DNA from: Moniliella sp. 'wahieum' | Taxonomy: Eukaryota | NCBI GenBank assembly: GCA_003971905.1 | Contig: RSEE01000069.1 | Coordinates: forward strand, 62,001 to 126,000 | Direction: 5' to 3' | DNA length: 64,000 nucleotides | Shown here: piece by piece, positions 13,761 to 27,089 of the stretch | Layout of the letters: every line of letters begins with the position of its first letter | Position numbering within the stretch: the first letter of the stretch is position 1 | Made by a program: the position numbers and the translations under genes | Notes under the pieces: generated by a model | Seen by the model: only the letters and a program-made list of their open reading frames with translations | What the model was told of the DNA's origin: nothing | Database searches by the model: none

Positions 13761-14778
13761 ATCGGTTCGGTCAGTGCACTCTCTGGCGAGCAAAATGGCT
13801 ATTTTTTACCTGGTCGTGGAGGATGCAGAGCGGGGCGTGCGGGATTGTGCCCGATGGAACAGGGTCCATCAGATGATGCGCAACGTTCCACACCTGTCCT
13901 CGTCCTGGCATTGGCCCGACCTACTATCCCTGCCGATCTACTATCCCCTGTAAGCTTTCGCGCACTCCGAATCGGATGATTGCAACGACATTGTGGTTCT
14001 CGTCGATAGGTGCTGTTTGGTGCATCCATGGAGGGGGCTTGGCTGCGGCGGCCATGGGCCGTTTGTAGGGATAGGGGGAAGGAGGCGAGGAGGGCGGGAT
14101 GGGACGCAGTGGAAACAGAACAGGAACACATTGCCCAAGGCGCGTCGAGCCAGGCGTGGGGGGGGGGGAAGGCTGCGCAGGAAGATGGGCCCCCTGTGCG
14201 CCTGGGATGGATGCTGCTGCTGGCACTGTGGGTCCCATCGAGGCGGCGAGGATCGAGGAGCACGCCGATCAAGCTTCAAGTTGAAGTTTCAAAGGTGCCC
14301 AGCTTAAGCCAGCGGGAAGGAGGGGCAACCTAGCACGCACACACGGGCTAGGGTTGCGGGTGGGGGGCGTGGGCGGGGCGAGTGGCGAGAAGCCAGCGGA
14401 GAGCAGGGTTAGAGTTAGATCGCAGCGGCCAAGTGCCACGAGTGAGCTGGACTGGTGATGTGCCGCGCACCCTGGCGGCGGGGCAGGGCAAGCGGGCAGT
14501 GTGTGCGGCCCAACCGGGTATTGGCGGGGGCTGCCGGTGACCGGTGAGGTGCTGGGCACGGGGCGCTGGGCAGGCATGCGGCACGCGGCCAGTGTGTGGC
14601 TGCTGCGGGTGTCTCTGCGCTGCTTTTTCTGCGTCGCTGTTTCTTCCAGGCAGCCACGCCCGTCTGCTCGTCTCTTCCCCCCACCACCCCTTCCCGCCCC
14701 CTCCCCCTCTCCCCGCCTCTCCTCGGCCGGCCCTCAGAGCCCGCCCTGCCGCACGGCCCCCGCCCCCCTTCGCCCACC

Positions 14779-14859
14779 ATTCCCTCCGAAGAACTAATAG
14801 CTTCGCCCCGCTGGGTCGCACGCTGTGCTCCCAAGCCCCACCCGCGTCCGCCTCCCTAG
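14779..14859 (+). promoter_or_regulatory. AUU-initiated upstream ORF (uCC-like) in the ODC leader
   Basis: CCCACC-ATT-CCC start context; reads IPSEELIASPRWVARCAPKPHPRPPP-stop; ends 50 nt before the ATG at 14910. Confidence 0.65.
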
Positions 14860-14909
14860 CACCGCCCGCTCCGTTTTTGAATTTTCCCTCCCCCTCCCCC
14901 CTTCGCCCC

Positions 14910-16554
14910 ATGGCTTCCCACACCCCTGCCCCCGCCCCGCGCGCGCCGCGACTGTGACGGCCGAGCAGGCCGCTCGCGCTGCCCTCAAGGCAGCCTCTCT
15001 CGATTGTCACCTCCCCTCTCGCCCGGCTCCTCTTCCCAAGAAGCCCATTGACCCGGCCGTGGCAGCCCGGGTGCAGGCCAAGCTCGATGCGCTGGCACTG
15101 GACGAGCCCGTTGCCGCGTCTCCGCTTCCCTCGCTCCAGCCGCTCTACGGTGCGGATCCGACCATGAGCAAGCCCATCTACCCTGGCACCGTCGCTGCCA
15201 ATCTGGCCGCGGTCTTGAATGGGATCGACGTGGATGAGTGCGATGTGGATGGCGAAAATGCGTTTTTCGTTGCGGACCTGTCTGTTGTGCACCAACAGCA
15301 CACGCGTTGGCTCACCGAGCTGCCCCGCATCACTCCCTTTTACGCTGTCAAATGCAATCCCGACCCGTACATGCTGCGCCTGCTCGCTGGCCTGGGCACC
15401 GGGTTTGATTGTCGTCGAATGCGGAAATTCGTCGGTGCTCAACCTGGGCGTGGCACCGGAACGCATTGTGTATGCCAACCGTGCAAGGCGCGCATCCTTT
15501 GTTCGTCAAGCCAAGCGGCAGCACGTGGAGTTGGCCACATTTGACAATGCGACGAATTGGGACAGATGGCTCGGTTCCACCCGACGTGCAAACTCGTCGT
15601 TCGCATTCTCGCCGATACAGTCGCAGCGTTATGCCAGCTCGGGCTCAAGTTTGGTGCTCCGGTAGGTGCGGTGCCCGGGTTGTTGGCCAAGGCGAAAGCG
15701 CTCAACCTGTCGGTTGTTGGCGTGAGCTTCCAGTGGGAGCGGTGCTTTGACCGCTCGCGTTCCGCGATGCGATTGCGCGTGCCCGCCTCGGCGTTCGATA
15801 TGGGTGACCAGGCTGGTTACACTTTTGACCTGTTGGATGTAGGTGGCGGATTTGAACCGCCTACGTTTGCTGCCACGGCCGCCGTGTTGCGCGAGGCGAT
15901 TGACGATTACTTCCCTCGTCGATCTACTCGTCTTCGTATTTCTACGACGGTGCGCGTCCACTTCGGATCATTGCCGAGCCAGGTCGGTTCTACGCCGCGT
16001 CCGCTTCACTTTGGCGGCGAACATTATTGCTCGTGGACGGTGCGTCGGACGCGCCTGTGCCCGAGACCGAAGAAGACTCGTCTTCGCACGGCCACGACCA
16101 CGACGGTACCGGTTCCTCTGCCACGACGGTCGCGGAGGAGACGGCAGCGACACCGCGTGATGCTGTACCAGAACGACGGGGTGTATGGTGCGTTCAACTG
16201 CATCATGTTTGATCACCAAGAGGTGGAACCCAAGGTGCTTACGTTGCAACGGAAATTTGTGTACCCTGCTGAGCGTGCGAGCGAGGTGACGCGTCGGGGG
16301 ACCTAGTTCCGTGTTCCGTCTGGGGTCCGACGTGCGACTCGATCGACTGTGTGGCACGGGCGGCTCTGTTGCCCGCTGGGCCCGGTGGGCTGGAAGTAGG
16401 CGATTGGTTGGGCTATGAGCAAATGGGCGCATACACCCTCTGTGCCGCCTCGGCATTCAATGGCATTCCTACCGCTTCGGTGCGGTACTGCCTCGGTGCG
16501 GAAGGTGAACACGCAACTGCCGTTCGGTCCGTGCTACAACTTGACTCGGCCTAG
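14910..16554 (+). CDS. SPE1: Ornithine decarboxylase; frameshifted in this sequence
   Basis: PFYAVKCNPDP (PLP lysine), GTGFDC, RIVYAN, LGLKFGA, LLDVGGGF, IIAEPGRFY, YQNDGVYGAFNCIMFDH, WGPTCDSID and GDWLGYEQMGAYT. The start is either ATG 14910 (needs one indel) or ATG 15164. Confidence 0.93.
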
Positions 16555-17164
16555 GCCCCGTCCACCTTGTTGGTCTTAAACTGGTTCCTGTGCGGCGCCG
16601 TGTCGGAGTCCCACACGAATGAGGACCCGGCATGAAAAGTGCCTGCAATTCATTAATGTTGGTTCGGAACGAGCGATTGTGCGCCGAAAAGTGGAGGGGC
16701 GGGGTGGTAGAGAGACATGCAGCTACTTCGGGGAAAATCGAGAGTTGAGAGCGGATTGCAATGTTACTAGCTGCTATCCTTGGGCTCAGCGCTCACAGCC
16801 GACTGGTATCGCAGTACCCTCTTCCTTGCCAAACTGCGGAGCCACCCAGAAAGAAAAAGAAAAAAAAGTCGTATCAACCGTTTCTGCTTTAGCAAGCCCG
16901 CATCGGAAAAGGCGACAAACTGCATGACCGGTTCGGCGTCTAACCCCACCCATAAGCAGAACCTCTCGTAGCGTAGCCTTCACCGCATGCACTCACCGTC
17001 CCATCACCGTTGAGGCCACCGTTCACCGTGTTCACCCTGTTCACTCCCATGTCCCATGCAAAACCGCGTCTGGAGTGCGGTGCGTGGTGCGCGTCACATG
17101 CCCACCGGCTCCTCTGACCCAGCTCGCCTACTCTGCATACCCGCAACAGTGCAACAGTCACAAG

Positions 17165-17273
17165 GGAGGCATAGCCTAGTGGTCTATGGCATCGTATTCA
17201 AGTCATTAAGCGACTTCCGCTTAAGAGTGGATGGGAACTGCGACATTCGTGGGTTCGAGTCCCACTGCCTTCA
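17165..17273 (+). tRNA. tRNA with CAA anticodon (Leu-like), 35-nt intron 17203-17237, short variable loop
   Basis: GGAGGCA/TGCCTTC acceptor stem and A73; D-arm GCCTAGTGGTCTATGGC; anticodon stem TCGTA/TGCGA with TT-CAA-G loop; T-arm GTGGG-TTCGAGT-CCCAC; oligo-T terminator from 17275. Confidence 0.85.
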
Positions 17274-19201
17274 CTTTTTCTTTTTTTCCATCGGGGGTTT
17301 CAAAAGTTAGTATGGTACTGGGACTGGAGGAGCCCGGTTCCCCCACCCCGCCCCCCCTCCTTGGCCCCGCTGCCCGAACTGACCAAACACGCTGAGCGTT
17401 GAGCCGAACTTTGAGCCATGAAGCGGGCGGACTGCGATCGTCGTCGCGTCGTGCGGTTCGAATATCCCCCTCTGTCTATATGTAGCTTCAAGCTCCATGC
17501 AAGCGCTTCATGGAGGTTGTATTGTTGCTCACCATTCCCCATTCCCCATTCCCCATTCCCCATTGCCCATTTTCCCATCCCCTGTTCACGTGGACATGGA
17601 TCGACCATCTGGGCATCTGAGCGTTCCGTGCTGGACGACGTGCAGTGAGATCAGTGCAGCTTCTACAACAGGCTGAGTTGAGATTGGACAGACCAAGAAG
17701 GCTCTTTCAACACACAAGATATATCCCAAGACGAGAGCAGATAAAAAAGAAGAAAAAGGAAACGAACTCCTCCCCTCTCATTCTCATACGGGCTTCTCCC
17801 CCCATATGGGCTCCCCCTCATGTGGGCTCCTCCCCCAAACCTTTCTACGTTATCCGTCGTACGGCATGGCTGCACCACATGATGCCTCGTCACGCATCAA
17901 CTCCAACGCTCAAAATCTCATACTAAACGAACCGAGGGGAAAAGCACATGTGGGACATGTGGGCGAGACAGGTGGGAGCGACGGGGAAACAAAAGAAGGC
18001 GAGAGGGTTGAACGTTGAGGCCGGGGTTAAGGTCAACAGAGAGGAAAGAGGAGAGAGAAGATAGGAAGAGAAGGGAGAGAGGAAGAGAGAGGGGAGGAGA
18101 GGAGAGAGGAGAGAGGAGAGAGGAGAGAGGAGAGAGGCCCCCAGCTAGGTGCAGGTATAGGTATAAGTGCAAGTGCATATTAAAAGGGCCAGAAGTCAAC
18201 CCGTCCCAATCCCGAGGGCCGTTCGCTTCCTCGCACAAGAAGCCTCTGTGGCTCCGGCTTGGACTCTGTCTCTTGCTCTGGCTCTGGCTTGGCTCATTTT
18301 TTTGCACTGCACGAAATGGGAGGTACCACTTGCCACTTGCCACTTGCCGCGTTCCATCTCACATCTCATGCCTCATGCCTCACACGAACAACGGGAGGGG
18401 GGAAATTTTGTTGGTCTGGCCCTGTCTGACCGGGTGACCTCAGATCAACGATCCAACCCCAGAGCCTCAGAACCCGAAACCCCGAAGCCGAACCCGACCC
18501 AGAACCGCAGGAGCCAACGGCGCCTTGAATGTCAAGAAAAATGGAGCAAGGTTGGGTCGAGAGACTAAGCGCGACAGAGAGGGACGAGGGGGGGTGTCAT
18601 GGGGGCTGGATGGGCACGGGGTGAGAGGGGATCAATGCGACCAGTGGAAATGGTGAGAAGGGTGAAAATGGTGCGAACGAAGGGAAGTGTGAGAAGGCAG
18701 AGAACGGAGTAGAGGGAAAGAACGCAGAGAAATGAAATGAGAGGAGGGGAGAGACGATGCAGGACGATGCGAAGGGGGGCGAGAGGCAAAAAAAGGAACG
18801 GGTTGAGTTCAACGTTAAACGTTCGCGCGCAACAGTCACAATGTCACATGTCACAAGAGGAAATCTATAGAGGAACAACGAACGTTCGAGCTGTAGCTTT
18901 CCTCGGTCCATAAAATGTGCAGGGGGAAGAGAAAGGGAGGCAGGGGGGAAAGGGGCGGGGGGAACAGCAAAGATCGAAGGCAGAGGGGGGGGAAAGGAGG
19001 GGAGTGGGAGGGGGGGGTACGGATACATGACCAGTGGAAGCAGGTTTTAGGTTCGACAAGGAGACGGTGGAGGCAAGGAAGGGGGAGGGGACAAACAAGA
19101 GAAAAGCAAGACAAACCGTTGAAAGGGAAATCAAGGTTCGACGTTCAAGGTTTTAACGTGTAAGGTGTAGCGTGTAAGGTGTAGCGTGTAAGGTGTAAGG
19201 T

Positions 19202-22200
19202 TCAAGGCCCTGTAGGCCGATGGATACGGTGCACGTTCCGGAGTGTCTGGGAGGAGGATCCGACGGGACCTTCGTCCACTAAGGACACGCCGCGCGCAAT
19301 GCTCGGTTCGGGCGAGATGCCTGGGGCACGAAGCGACTCGTGTGCCACGGACCAAGGCACGTCGTGCGAAGCAGACGAACTAGCCAGGGGCGAAGGTGTT
19401 CGGGTAGCTGGCGAAGCGTCGCGCACACGGGGCACGGTGATGCTGCCCTGTGCGGCTGGGGCCGGCGCACCAGGTGGCCGGTTGGCCGCATCGGGCGCCA
19501 AGGGCGCTGGCAGTTCCAGTAGCGGCACCGTGTCGAGCCGTTGGCGCGCCGAGGGCAAAGGCAACGTAGTGGGCGAGTCGGTGCCGAGAGCGGTAGCGGT
19601 AGGTCGGGAAGAAGGGTAAGACGATTCGCTGGATTCGGCACTGTACCTGCGTGACGGGGTGTGGGTATGGTCGTCGGTGGAAGCCATGTGAACCACATCG
19701 TACGCGCTGTCTTGACTGTCCAACCCGGACCCGGTACGTTGGCGCCGGTCCCGCTCAAAGTCGGCCCAGCGTTTCATAACAATGTGACTAGGGTCAAAGG
19801 AGCCTTCGGCGCCCGAATGGTCGCCTCCGCCTTTGCCTCGCCTTGGATGACACGCGTGGCGCCCCATGAAAAGTCGTCAAAGTGCCAGAAGGAGTAGGTG
19901 GGCAGAATCAAGTTCCACACGGGCAGCGACAAAAGGTAGATGCCCATCCACCCCACGTACGACCATTTGCGCGACGTGACCACGATCAGCACACCGGGCA
20001 AACCAAGCACGATGGCAAGCAGAACAAGTGGAATGACCGGAATCGGGCCACCGGTAATACCATTCTTGATGGCAATCCCCACCACATAAAAGGTGAAGGC
20101 CAACGCGGCGGGCAAGACCAGTGTACCAACCAGTTCCATCGCAATCATAAAGCGCATACTCAGACAAAACACACCACACAGCTCGTTGACCAGCACCAGC
20201 TCAAACAGGTTGTGCACCGTCGAGTTGATCCACCGCCGGCGCTGGGACAAAGCACCTTGAACGTGTCGGGCACGATGGTCTTGCAGACAGCTTGGGGCAC
20301 AAACATCATCTTACGCTTGGGGAACGTGCTGAGCATGAGCGTGGTTAGGTACCGATCCTCTCCGAGCAACAAAAGGTTCTTCTTGTGGAGCGTGTCCACC
20401 ACATTCTCTGAATAGTGCTCGACAATGTCGGGGTTGGCAAGGATCGGGACCCAGTATCCGTTTGGCCCCTTGGGAGCCTTGATGCGGTAGGCGCTGAAGC
20501 ACCCAGGCAAACATGTTACGCCACCAAAGCACGCCTCGCATGCCTTTTGCGAGTGATGCGAAATGTAGTACTCAAACACTAACCAGAAACGGGACGTCAG
20601 CAGGCAAGAAGAGAGGGAAAAAAGAGGGGGGGAGGGGGAGGGGGTAAGAAAGGGGTCGGGAGGTCGAACGAACCTTGAATCATAGTTACCCACGAGTCGG
20701 ATTTGTTAGCAATCTTGGTCTCTCCACACAGACCCATGATTTCGGATCCTCAACCATGCACGACACCATACGAGAAAGCGCGTCGGGGAACACCTTGGTA
20801 TCGGCATCGACCATGAGGATGATTTCGAACTTGTCTGGCGGGACGCCCGTGACGCGCCAAATGGCATTAAAGAACTCGTATTCAAACACCGTCATCCGCT
20901 CGTCAAACATGATCTTTTGTAGGAAGGCCATGAGCATCACTTGACTGTCACGCTTGCCACGGTTGCCAGGTTTGGCCGAATCGGCCTCGAGCGGCGAACC
21001 GCACTTGGCAACGAGAATCATGGGGACACGTTGTTGCTTGCCCCGCTCGACGGTTGAGTTGTCATAGTCATAGAAACCAGCATACACCTTGGCCATGTTG
21101 TGCCGCTTGTAGCCATCGGCGATGGCCACATACGAATGGCCTTCCACGTCCTCGGCAGGAACAATCAGGTCCTTCATCATGCTCAAGCAAATGTCGGGCG
21201 TCGACATGTCCGATCCATCTCCCTTGACAATCCCGTCGGCAATGACCAGGATGAATTTGTGGCTGTTGGGGTAGTCGGTCGTGGCGAGCGAATCGAGTGT
21301 GGTACGCAGACCTTCGAACGATTCGGTCGGAATAGGCAGTAACGAGACAGATGGAGTGTGCGAGGGGGAAGCCAAACGGCATAAAGTCCGCCGCCGGTTG
21401 GGGGCACCACATTGATCAACGGGAAGGGCACTGGGACACGGCGGACGACGTGCCCGATTGGGGCAGTGCCATTGTGAATCGACAAAGGAGGAATGGCCGA
21501 GCCCCATTGCCCTACACGCGGCAAAGAAGGCGAAGCAGGGGTGGAAAACTTGCCGGACAACTTCTCGTTGGCCAAAGTGTTTGGAGCGAAGCCTTGGTGG
21601 CATTGGCGTGGCTGAAACGCGAGGAAGAAGGAAGGAAAGTACGCTTGTTCATCCCACCTTTCTTGGCATTGGGACGGTACCGGGCCGGGGGCGGGCTTGT
21701 AAATGTCGGACGACCAGGCCTCAATCTCATCCCTTCGTCTTTCGCTGCTCGGCCGTCTCCTTCTTTCCGTATTGTCCCAAACGCCAGGAGAGGCACCAGC
21801 CAAAGATGACCGCCATAAAGAAGCGGGCAAGGACAACACCACCAAGTAAAAACACAAGTGACAGGTACAGTTCCACCTCGGATGCCACGCACCCAATCGT
21901 TCTCGAGTCAATTTGGCCCACCCCAATGATATGTTGGAGGCAGTCCAACTCTTTGCTCACGCCCAACTTGAACGCCGTAGAAGATACGCCTGGCCACAGG
22001 AAGCATTGCGCTTCATGATCTGGTCAAAAAGGGTGGGTAGTTGAGGTTTACCCGATCGAGCAGCTGCAACCGATCAAAGTCCAGTACCGTGTTCTTCCAT
22101 ACGCCAGGGGCGCGTCGGGTTGGAGATGTTTTGCCAGGTGTAATAGACATTCCCTGGAAGTGGAAGCCGAGGGAGGACTTGGCGTGGGTGTGGAGCGTTT

Positions 22201-23603
22201 TCGCAAAGTCGTCCCGGACCGACTGGGGGTGGCACATCGAGGTCGCGTTGGTTCCGCTGTAGAATACCGCGGACGAGTTTTGATTGAGAATGGAGCAGGG
22301 AAAGTAATTGGCGGGTCCACCAGAAGCGGATTTAGGGGCAATGCTGTCTTTCTTGAGGGTAAGGAGGTTGGAACACTTGCCATCGACTTTTTGGAACAAC
22401 AATGAAATGTCACGGGCGCCCGAAAGCCAAGGGTCCGAATAGGTGGGTTGGTGTGGTTAAACATAGTGTTGGCGCCAAAGGGACCGACTTGAGGGTGGAA
22501 AAAGTCGTTCAAGTCCACCTCGTTGCCATAGAAAATGCTCGAGCCGGCATCGACGGTGCCCGCCACGTATCGGTTGGCTGGGTGGCCACAGACGGTTTGG
22601 GTAAATCCAAAGTCAAGTACCCGACAAAGGTCATACACACCAATACCACGCTCACCAAGCCCATCTTTTCTCGCCATGCACGCTGCTGCTCGGGCGTCTT
22701 GATGCCGCACATGCGCATAAAGCTCGGCGGCACACACACTGTCAGACCGTAGCAGTACATCATCCACAGGTCCACCGGTCCAGGTGCGAGGCTGCTGGGC
22801 TTGAACTCGCCTAGGTCGGGGGGACTTCCATCTTGTCTTTGTTCACATTGGCGTCGGGCTGGTGGCGACGAATGGAGACACCGCGCTTCAGCACATTGAT
22901 GGCCGTCTCGAGCTGGTCATCGTCGCGGCCAAGATGGATTTGCCGCGGCGGAGGCCGGTCGCGCCACCAGGGCCGCGGCCCAGTCCGCCGGGAGGCAGGT
23001 TGTAGGCATTGGGCGCACCGGGCATGCCGGGGCGCAGGCCGAGCCACTGAGTCCGCCGCCGGGGCCGGCGGTGTTGCCCAGGTGGCCGCCCTCGGGGAGG
23101 GCGCCGTGCTGGGGCAAGTGGCCCGTGTTGGAGGCGCCGACCTGTACGGTGGAGGCGGCCTCCATCTGGGCGGCATGGTTGCGGTAGTACCACTGGCGAT
23201 GGCTGGGGTCCATGCGCTCGCGGTCGGGGCGAACAAGGGAGCGCTTGCGCTTGAACTCGGGGTTGGGGCGGGCAGCACTGAAGCCCTGCTCGAGGTCGTA
23301 GCGGAAAGGATCGAGGGTGGCGCTGGAGCTGGCCATGGGGGGCGAGGTGAGGACAGGCACCTGCTCGTAGCCGCTGCCAGAGGGGAGGGGGGCGAGGCCA
23401 AAGCTGTCCTTGCTGATGTTGTCGGCGAGGGCAGCATGGCTGAGGCCGAGGTGGGCGGGCTCTGGAAGGAGACGCGGGGGCGGCGGTGGGGGCGGGGGGG
23501 GGGGAGAGCGGGGATGGGGTGGGGCTGGGGAGGGGGAGGCGCGGCGAGGCGTGGCCCGGGTAGGCGGGGGCGGCGCCCGAGGGAGGGGGGGGCTGGTGCT
23601 CAT
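19202..23603 (-). CDS. CHS3: Chitin synthase, class IV; multi-exon, frameshifted
   Basis: [91 protein letters not shown] and [10 protein letters not shown]. Intron at about 20581-20687. Confidence 0.93.
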
Positions 23604-26600
23604 GCGCAGCGGAAGGAGGTGGGGGGAGGCAGAGGAGGCGGCGGTGGCCCTTGCTGGCTTCGGGCGGCGGCAAGGGGCAGCAGCTCTAGTCACCACACCC
23701 ACACACTGCGGCCGTGCGAGGCGAGTGGGTGCTGTGCTTGCGACGCCTGAAGCTTTCTTTGCTCGTGTCTGCAGCATCACTCACTGCCACTCTGCACGCC
23801 CCCCCACCCCCTCGCAGCTGCAAATTCAATCTTCCCTGGCAGGCACCGCTGCATGCGCCCCGCCCCCTGCATGCGTCCCTCCACAGCCACAGCCGCCGCG
23901 CCACACTCGCGCCCGCCGCCTCTCCACGCGCTCCCCGTGTCGATCGCCGCCGCCACAGCCCGGTGCAGCACGCCCTACCCTCCCACGGCGCCTCGCGCTG
24001 CGCCCTCCAGCACCCTCCGCCTGACACGCACACACTGCCCGCCGCCCGGCCGCCGATCCGCCGCCAGAACTGCGCTGCCGCCCCCGGCCCCACCGCCGCC
24101 GGCACGGCCGCAGTCTGGCGGGCCGTCCACGTCGGCAGAAACCTGCCGAGCGCCAGCGCTGCGCGTGCGTGCACGTAAACATGCCAGCTGCTCTCTGCGC
24201 CGCGGGCCTTCCTCGGCCTTCCTCGGCTCGTGCCGGTGGCGGCATGCACTCTGCACGGGGGCCCCCACCAACTCCCACACTGGCTTCTCGCTGGCGCCAA
24301 GCCCAGACCGACGCTCAGCCTCAGCAGCGCTCAGCAGCTCACGCGTCACGAACTATGCATCAGCATCCCAAGGGCCTGCGGCCGTACAGGCGATCACCCA
24401 TTGGCAGGCACTGCCCTGCTTGCCTGCGCATTCCACACGCACGGGGCGAGTGGTGGGCTGCTTGCGCAGCTTGCAACGCAGTCGGATCGAAGTCAGAGAA
24501 CGCCGCGAGTTATTCCGGTGGGTTGGTGGGATGGCGATGTGAGAGCCAGGGTGTGCGAGGCGTTGCACGCTGCCCACGCTGCGGCTCGTGTGGTTGGACA
24601 GCGGGCAGGGGCGGGCGGTGGCCCTGGGCCGATCGTCTTGCAGGCTGCGAGTATCGTGCCCATCAATCGAGCATGGTGGGCCCATGGTTGTTCCATTCTC
24701 CACTCCGATCTCAGACCAGTGCTGCGTGTTGAACGTTGACTGAACATTATTGAACGCTGAATTGAACGCACAGAACGAAGGCCTGACGCGTTGACGCAAG
24801 CACCGCGGATCGAGCGGATCGAGGTGCTTGTGACCAGCGGTCGTCCTGCGCTCTGTCCTGCTCAGCGCAGCTACCCAGGTCTGGTCCATGGCTGTTGGTC
24901 TCGCAACGCAGCTGAGGCTCAGCGCCCGGCCTGAGTGCTCCGCACATGTCACAATCACATGTCATCACGTCAGCTCGTGGTAGTTGCTCCCCAGCTGCAC
25001 GATCTTCACGATCGCTCCTGCCACGCAACCGCCCATCCCATCCTCCAAGATCGTGATCACACCAAGCTACGGCGCAAGACGTAGACCAAACATACACCAG
25101 CCGAGGCAGCGGGCGGTGTGGGTTATGGGTGAGTGCAATGTCCACCCCTGCCGGCTGCCCCAGCCGGGTCCCCCGAAAGCAGCAAGTGCCCATGCCAATT
25201 CCTTGTGGCACATATGCCAAGCAATGCATGCCACCGTCAACCTTGAAGAAATCACGTTTTCCCCGGCGCCAGTGGATTCGAGCATCGACTCCTCAGCGTC
25301 AGCTCGATACTGCTAGAATGCGACTTGGGAGCACTCGCGATCCTATGGATCAGCTGCAAAGCAGCCTTCAGACAAGCGTCAAGGCAAAGTGGTGAGCCAC
25401 AAGTCTTCAAGCAACGTCTGAAGGGAAGGAGAAAGGAGAGCCCGGAACTGGAGCCCAAACCCACAGTTTAGGAGTGTGTCCTTGCAGGAGCAGAACCCAC
25501 TCACGTTTTCTCCAGCTTGAAAACGTTATATTGGCGCATCCGAACAGAGCAAGAGACAAGGCGAGGGGCCTCTCACAATTGGGGCGTCCGCTCGCGTGGC
25601 AAAAGGTTTTGTGTATGCACCGTACGAGCAGGACGAGCGTTACGGTAGACGTAGACGACCTTTTCAACGGTTGTGGCCGGAGAAGGTTGAGCAGACAAAG
25701 ACAGGGCCGGACAACAGGTTCTGTCACAGAACAAAAACTCAACTCTTGTAGGATGGCCGCAGCATCCGTATACAGATGAAACTGAAAGAGCATGAGGGAG
25801 ATGGGCGGCAACGGATGCCTGGACGAAAGGAGTTCGGGATAACCAAGAGGTGGTGGCTGAAGCAGATCGGTGGAATTGCTGATGGGCTATAATAGGGAGA
25901 GTAATGCGGGTGTTGCCTGTGGTGGATCAAGGATAGATTCACAAGGAGATGTTGTTATAAAATGACACGTGCGAGTAGGGGAAGAACATATAGACAAAGG
26001 CTATACAGACAGGAACACTAAGGAAGCAACATAGCACGTCGGGGAGGAAGGAATAAAGGCGAATGGCTCTCAAAAGGAGTACAAACCAGGTAGGGACTGG
26101 TGCCCTAGGGAAAGGGACAGCCAAGCACGAAAATTCACCAAATTATAATGGACACGTTCTCAGTCTTCACAGCAAGAACATAAAGGCACATGCCGAGGAG
26201 AGAATTTCGAAACGATAACGAAACGCGCCGGATCAGGAAACTGATGTCCAGATCCGGAAGCTCAAGTTGGAGCTCTGTGTCCTTTGCAAACAGTAGTAGA
26301 CTCGGAAGATTAACAATGACCAACTATGCGTGGGTACAAGGGTCCAGGTGTCTCTCTGAGGGAAGCACCAGAGGGGAGTCTGTGGCGGCAAGTCCGACTC
26401 CGTAGTCAGGCACACCAGACGACTGCGCTTCGTCGCAGCTCCCGACTCATATTAGACGCGGGCGCGGCCGTAGTGATATGTCTCAGTGAGCGCTCCCTCT
26501 GGCAGTCCGCGTCGTTAGGATCAGATGCTGGTCTCAGCTAGGGCACCAGGGGACAGTTGTATTTCTCAGGGCGCGCACCAGCCTACAGTTGTCCGTCTGA

Positions 26601-27089
26601 GGGATCGCACCAGGATTCAGTTGGCCGTGTCAGCGAGCTCACCAGGTTATACCACTTTCACCTTCTCCAATACGCGTACCATTTTACGCCTCACGTCTCG
26701 GCTACTTGTTAATTGCCTCATCCAACTAACGCCAGGTATGCAGCTATTGGATCCAATTGTCCCTTGTGTAGTCACAGGTTTACTCTGGTGGGCAGGGCCA
26801 GTCTCCAGTCGTTCCAGCTTGCCACTACCCACCCTACCCCGTTCCCACTTTTCTCACCGTCTCCCCGGCAGCTGCTTGATCCGAGAGCGCAGTAGCTCGG
26901 CGACGGAACTCAATGTCCAGTCCTCCGGCAGAAATGCCCTAGTGATTAGAAGAGAACATTTGCCCGGGGAAAGGTTGAGACTTCTGCACGGGGAAAGGTT
27001 GAGACTTTTTGCTAAAGCAACTGCGTGCGGTAAGACTGTTGGCGAGGTACATGTCGGAAACCAACTCTCAACCAACTAATTCCATCCGT

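Noticed and set aside
14910..16554. Programmed ribosomal frameshifting in ODC (antizyme-like)
   Set aside because: Similar frame breaks occur in every gene in the window, so assembly error is the simpler explanation.
16850..16990. Possible Pol III ncRNA on the minus strand (oligo-T tract; TTCTGCTT/AAGCAGAA stem)
   Set aside because: I could not recognise any SRP, U6, 5S or RNase P motif, nor clear A/B boxes. An Rfam/Infernal search would be needed.
17191..17205. Reading the tRNA as selenocysteine or opal suppressor (TCA within ATTCAAG)
   Set aside because: The register giving a full 5-bp anticodon stem with U33 and G37 places CAA at 34-36. There is no extended acceptor stem or long variable arm as in tRNA-Sec.
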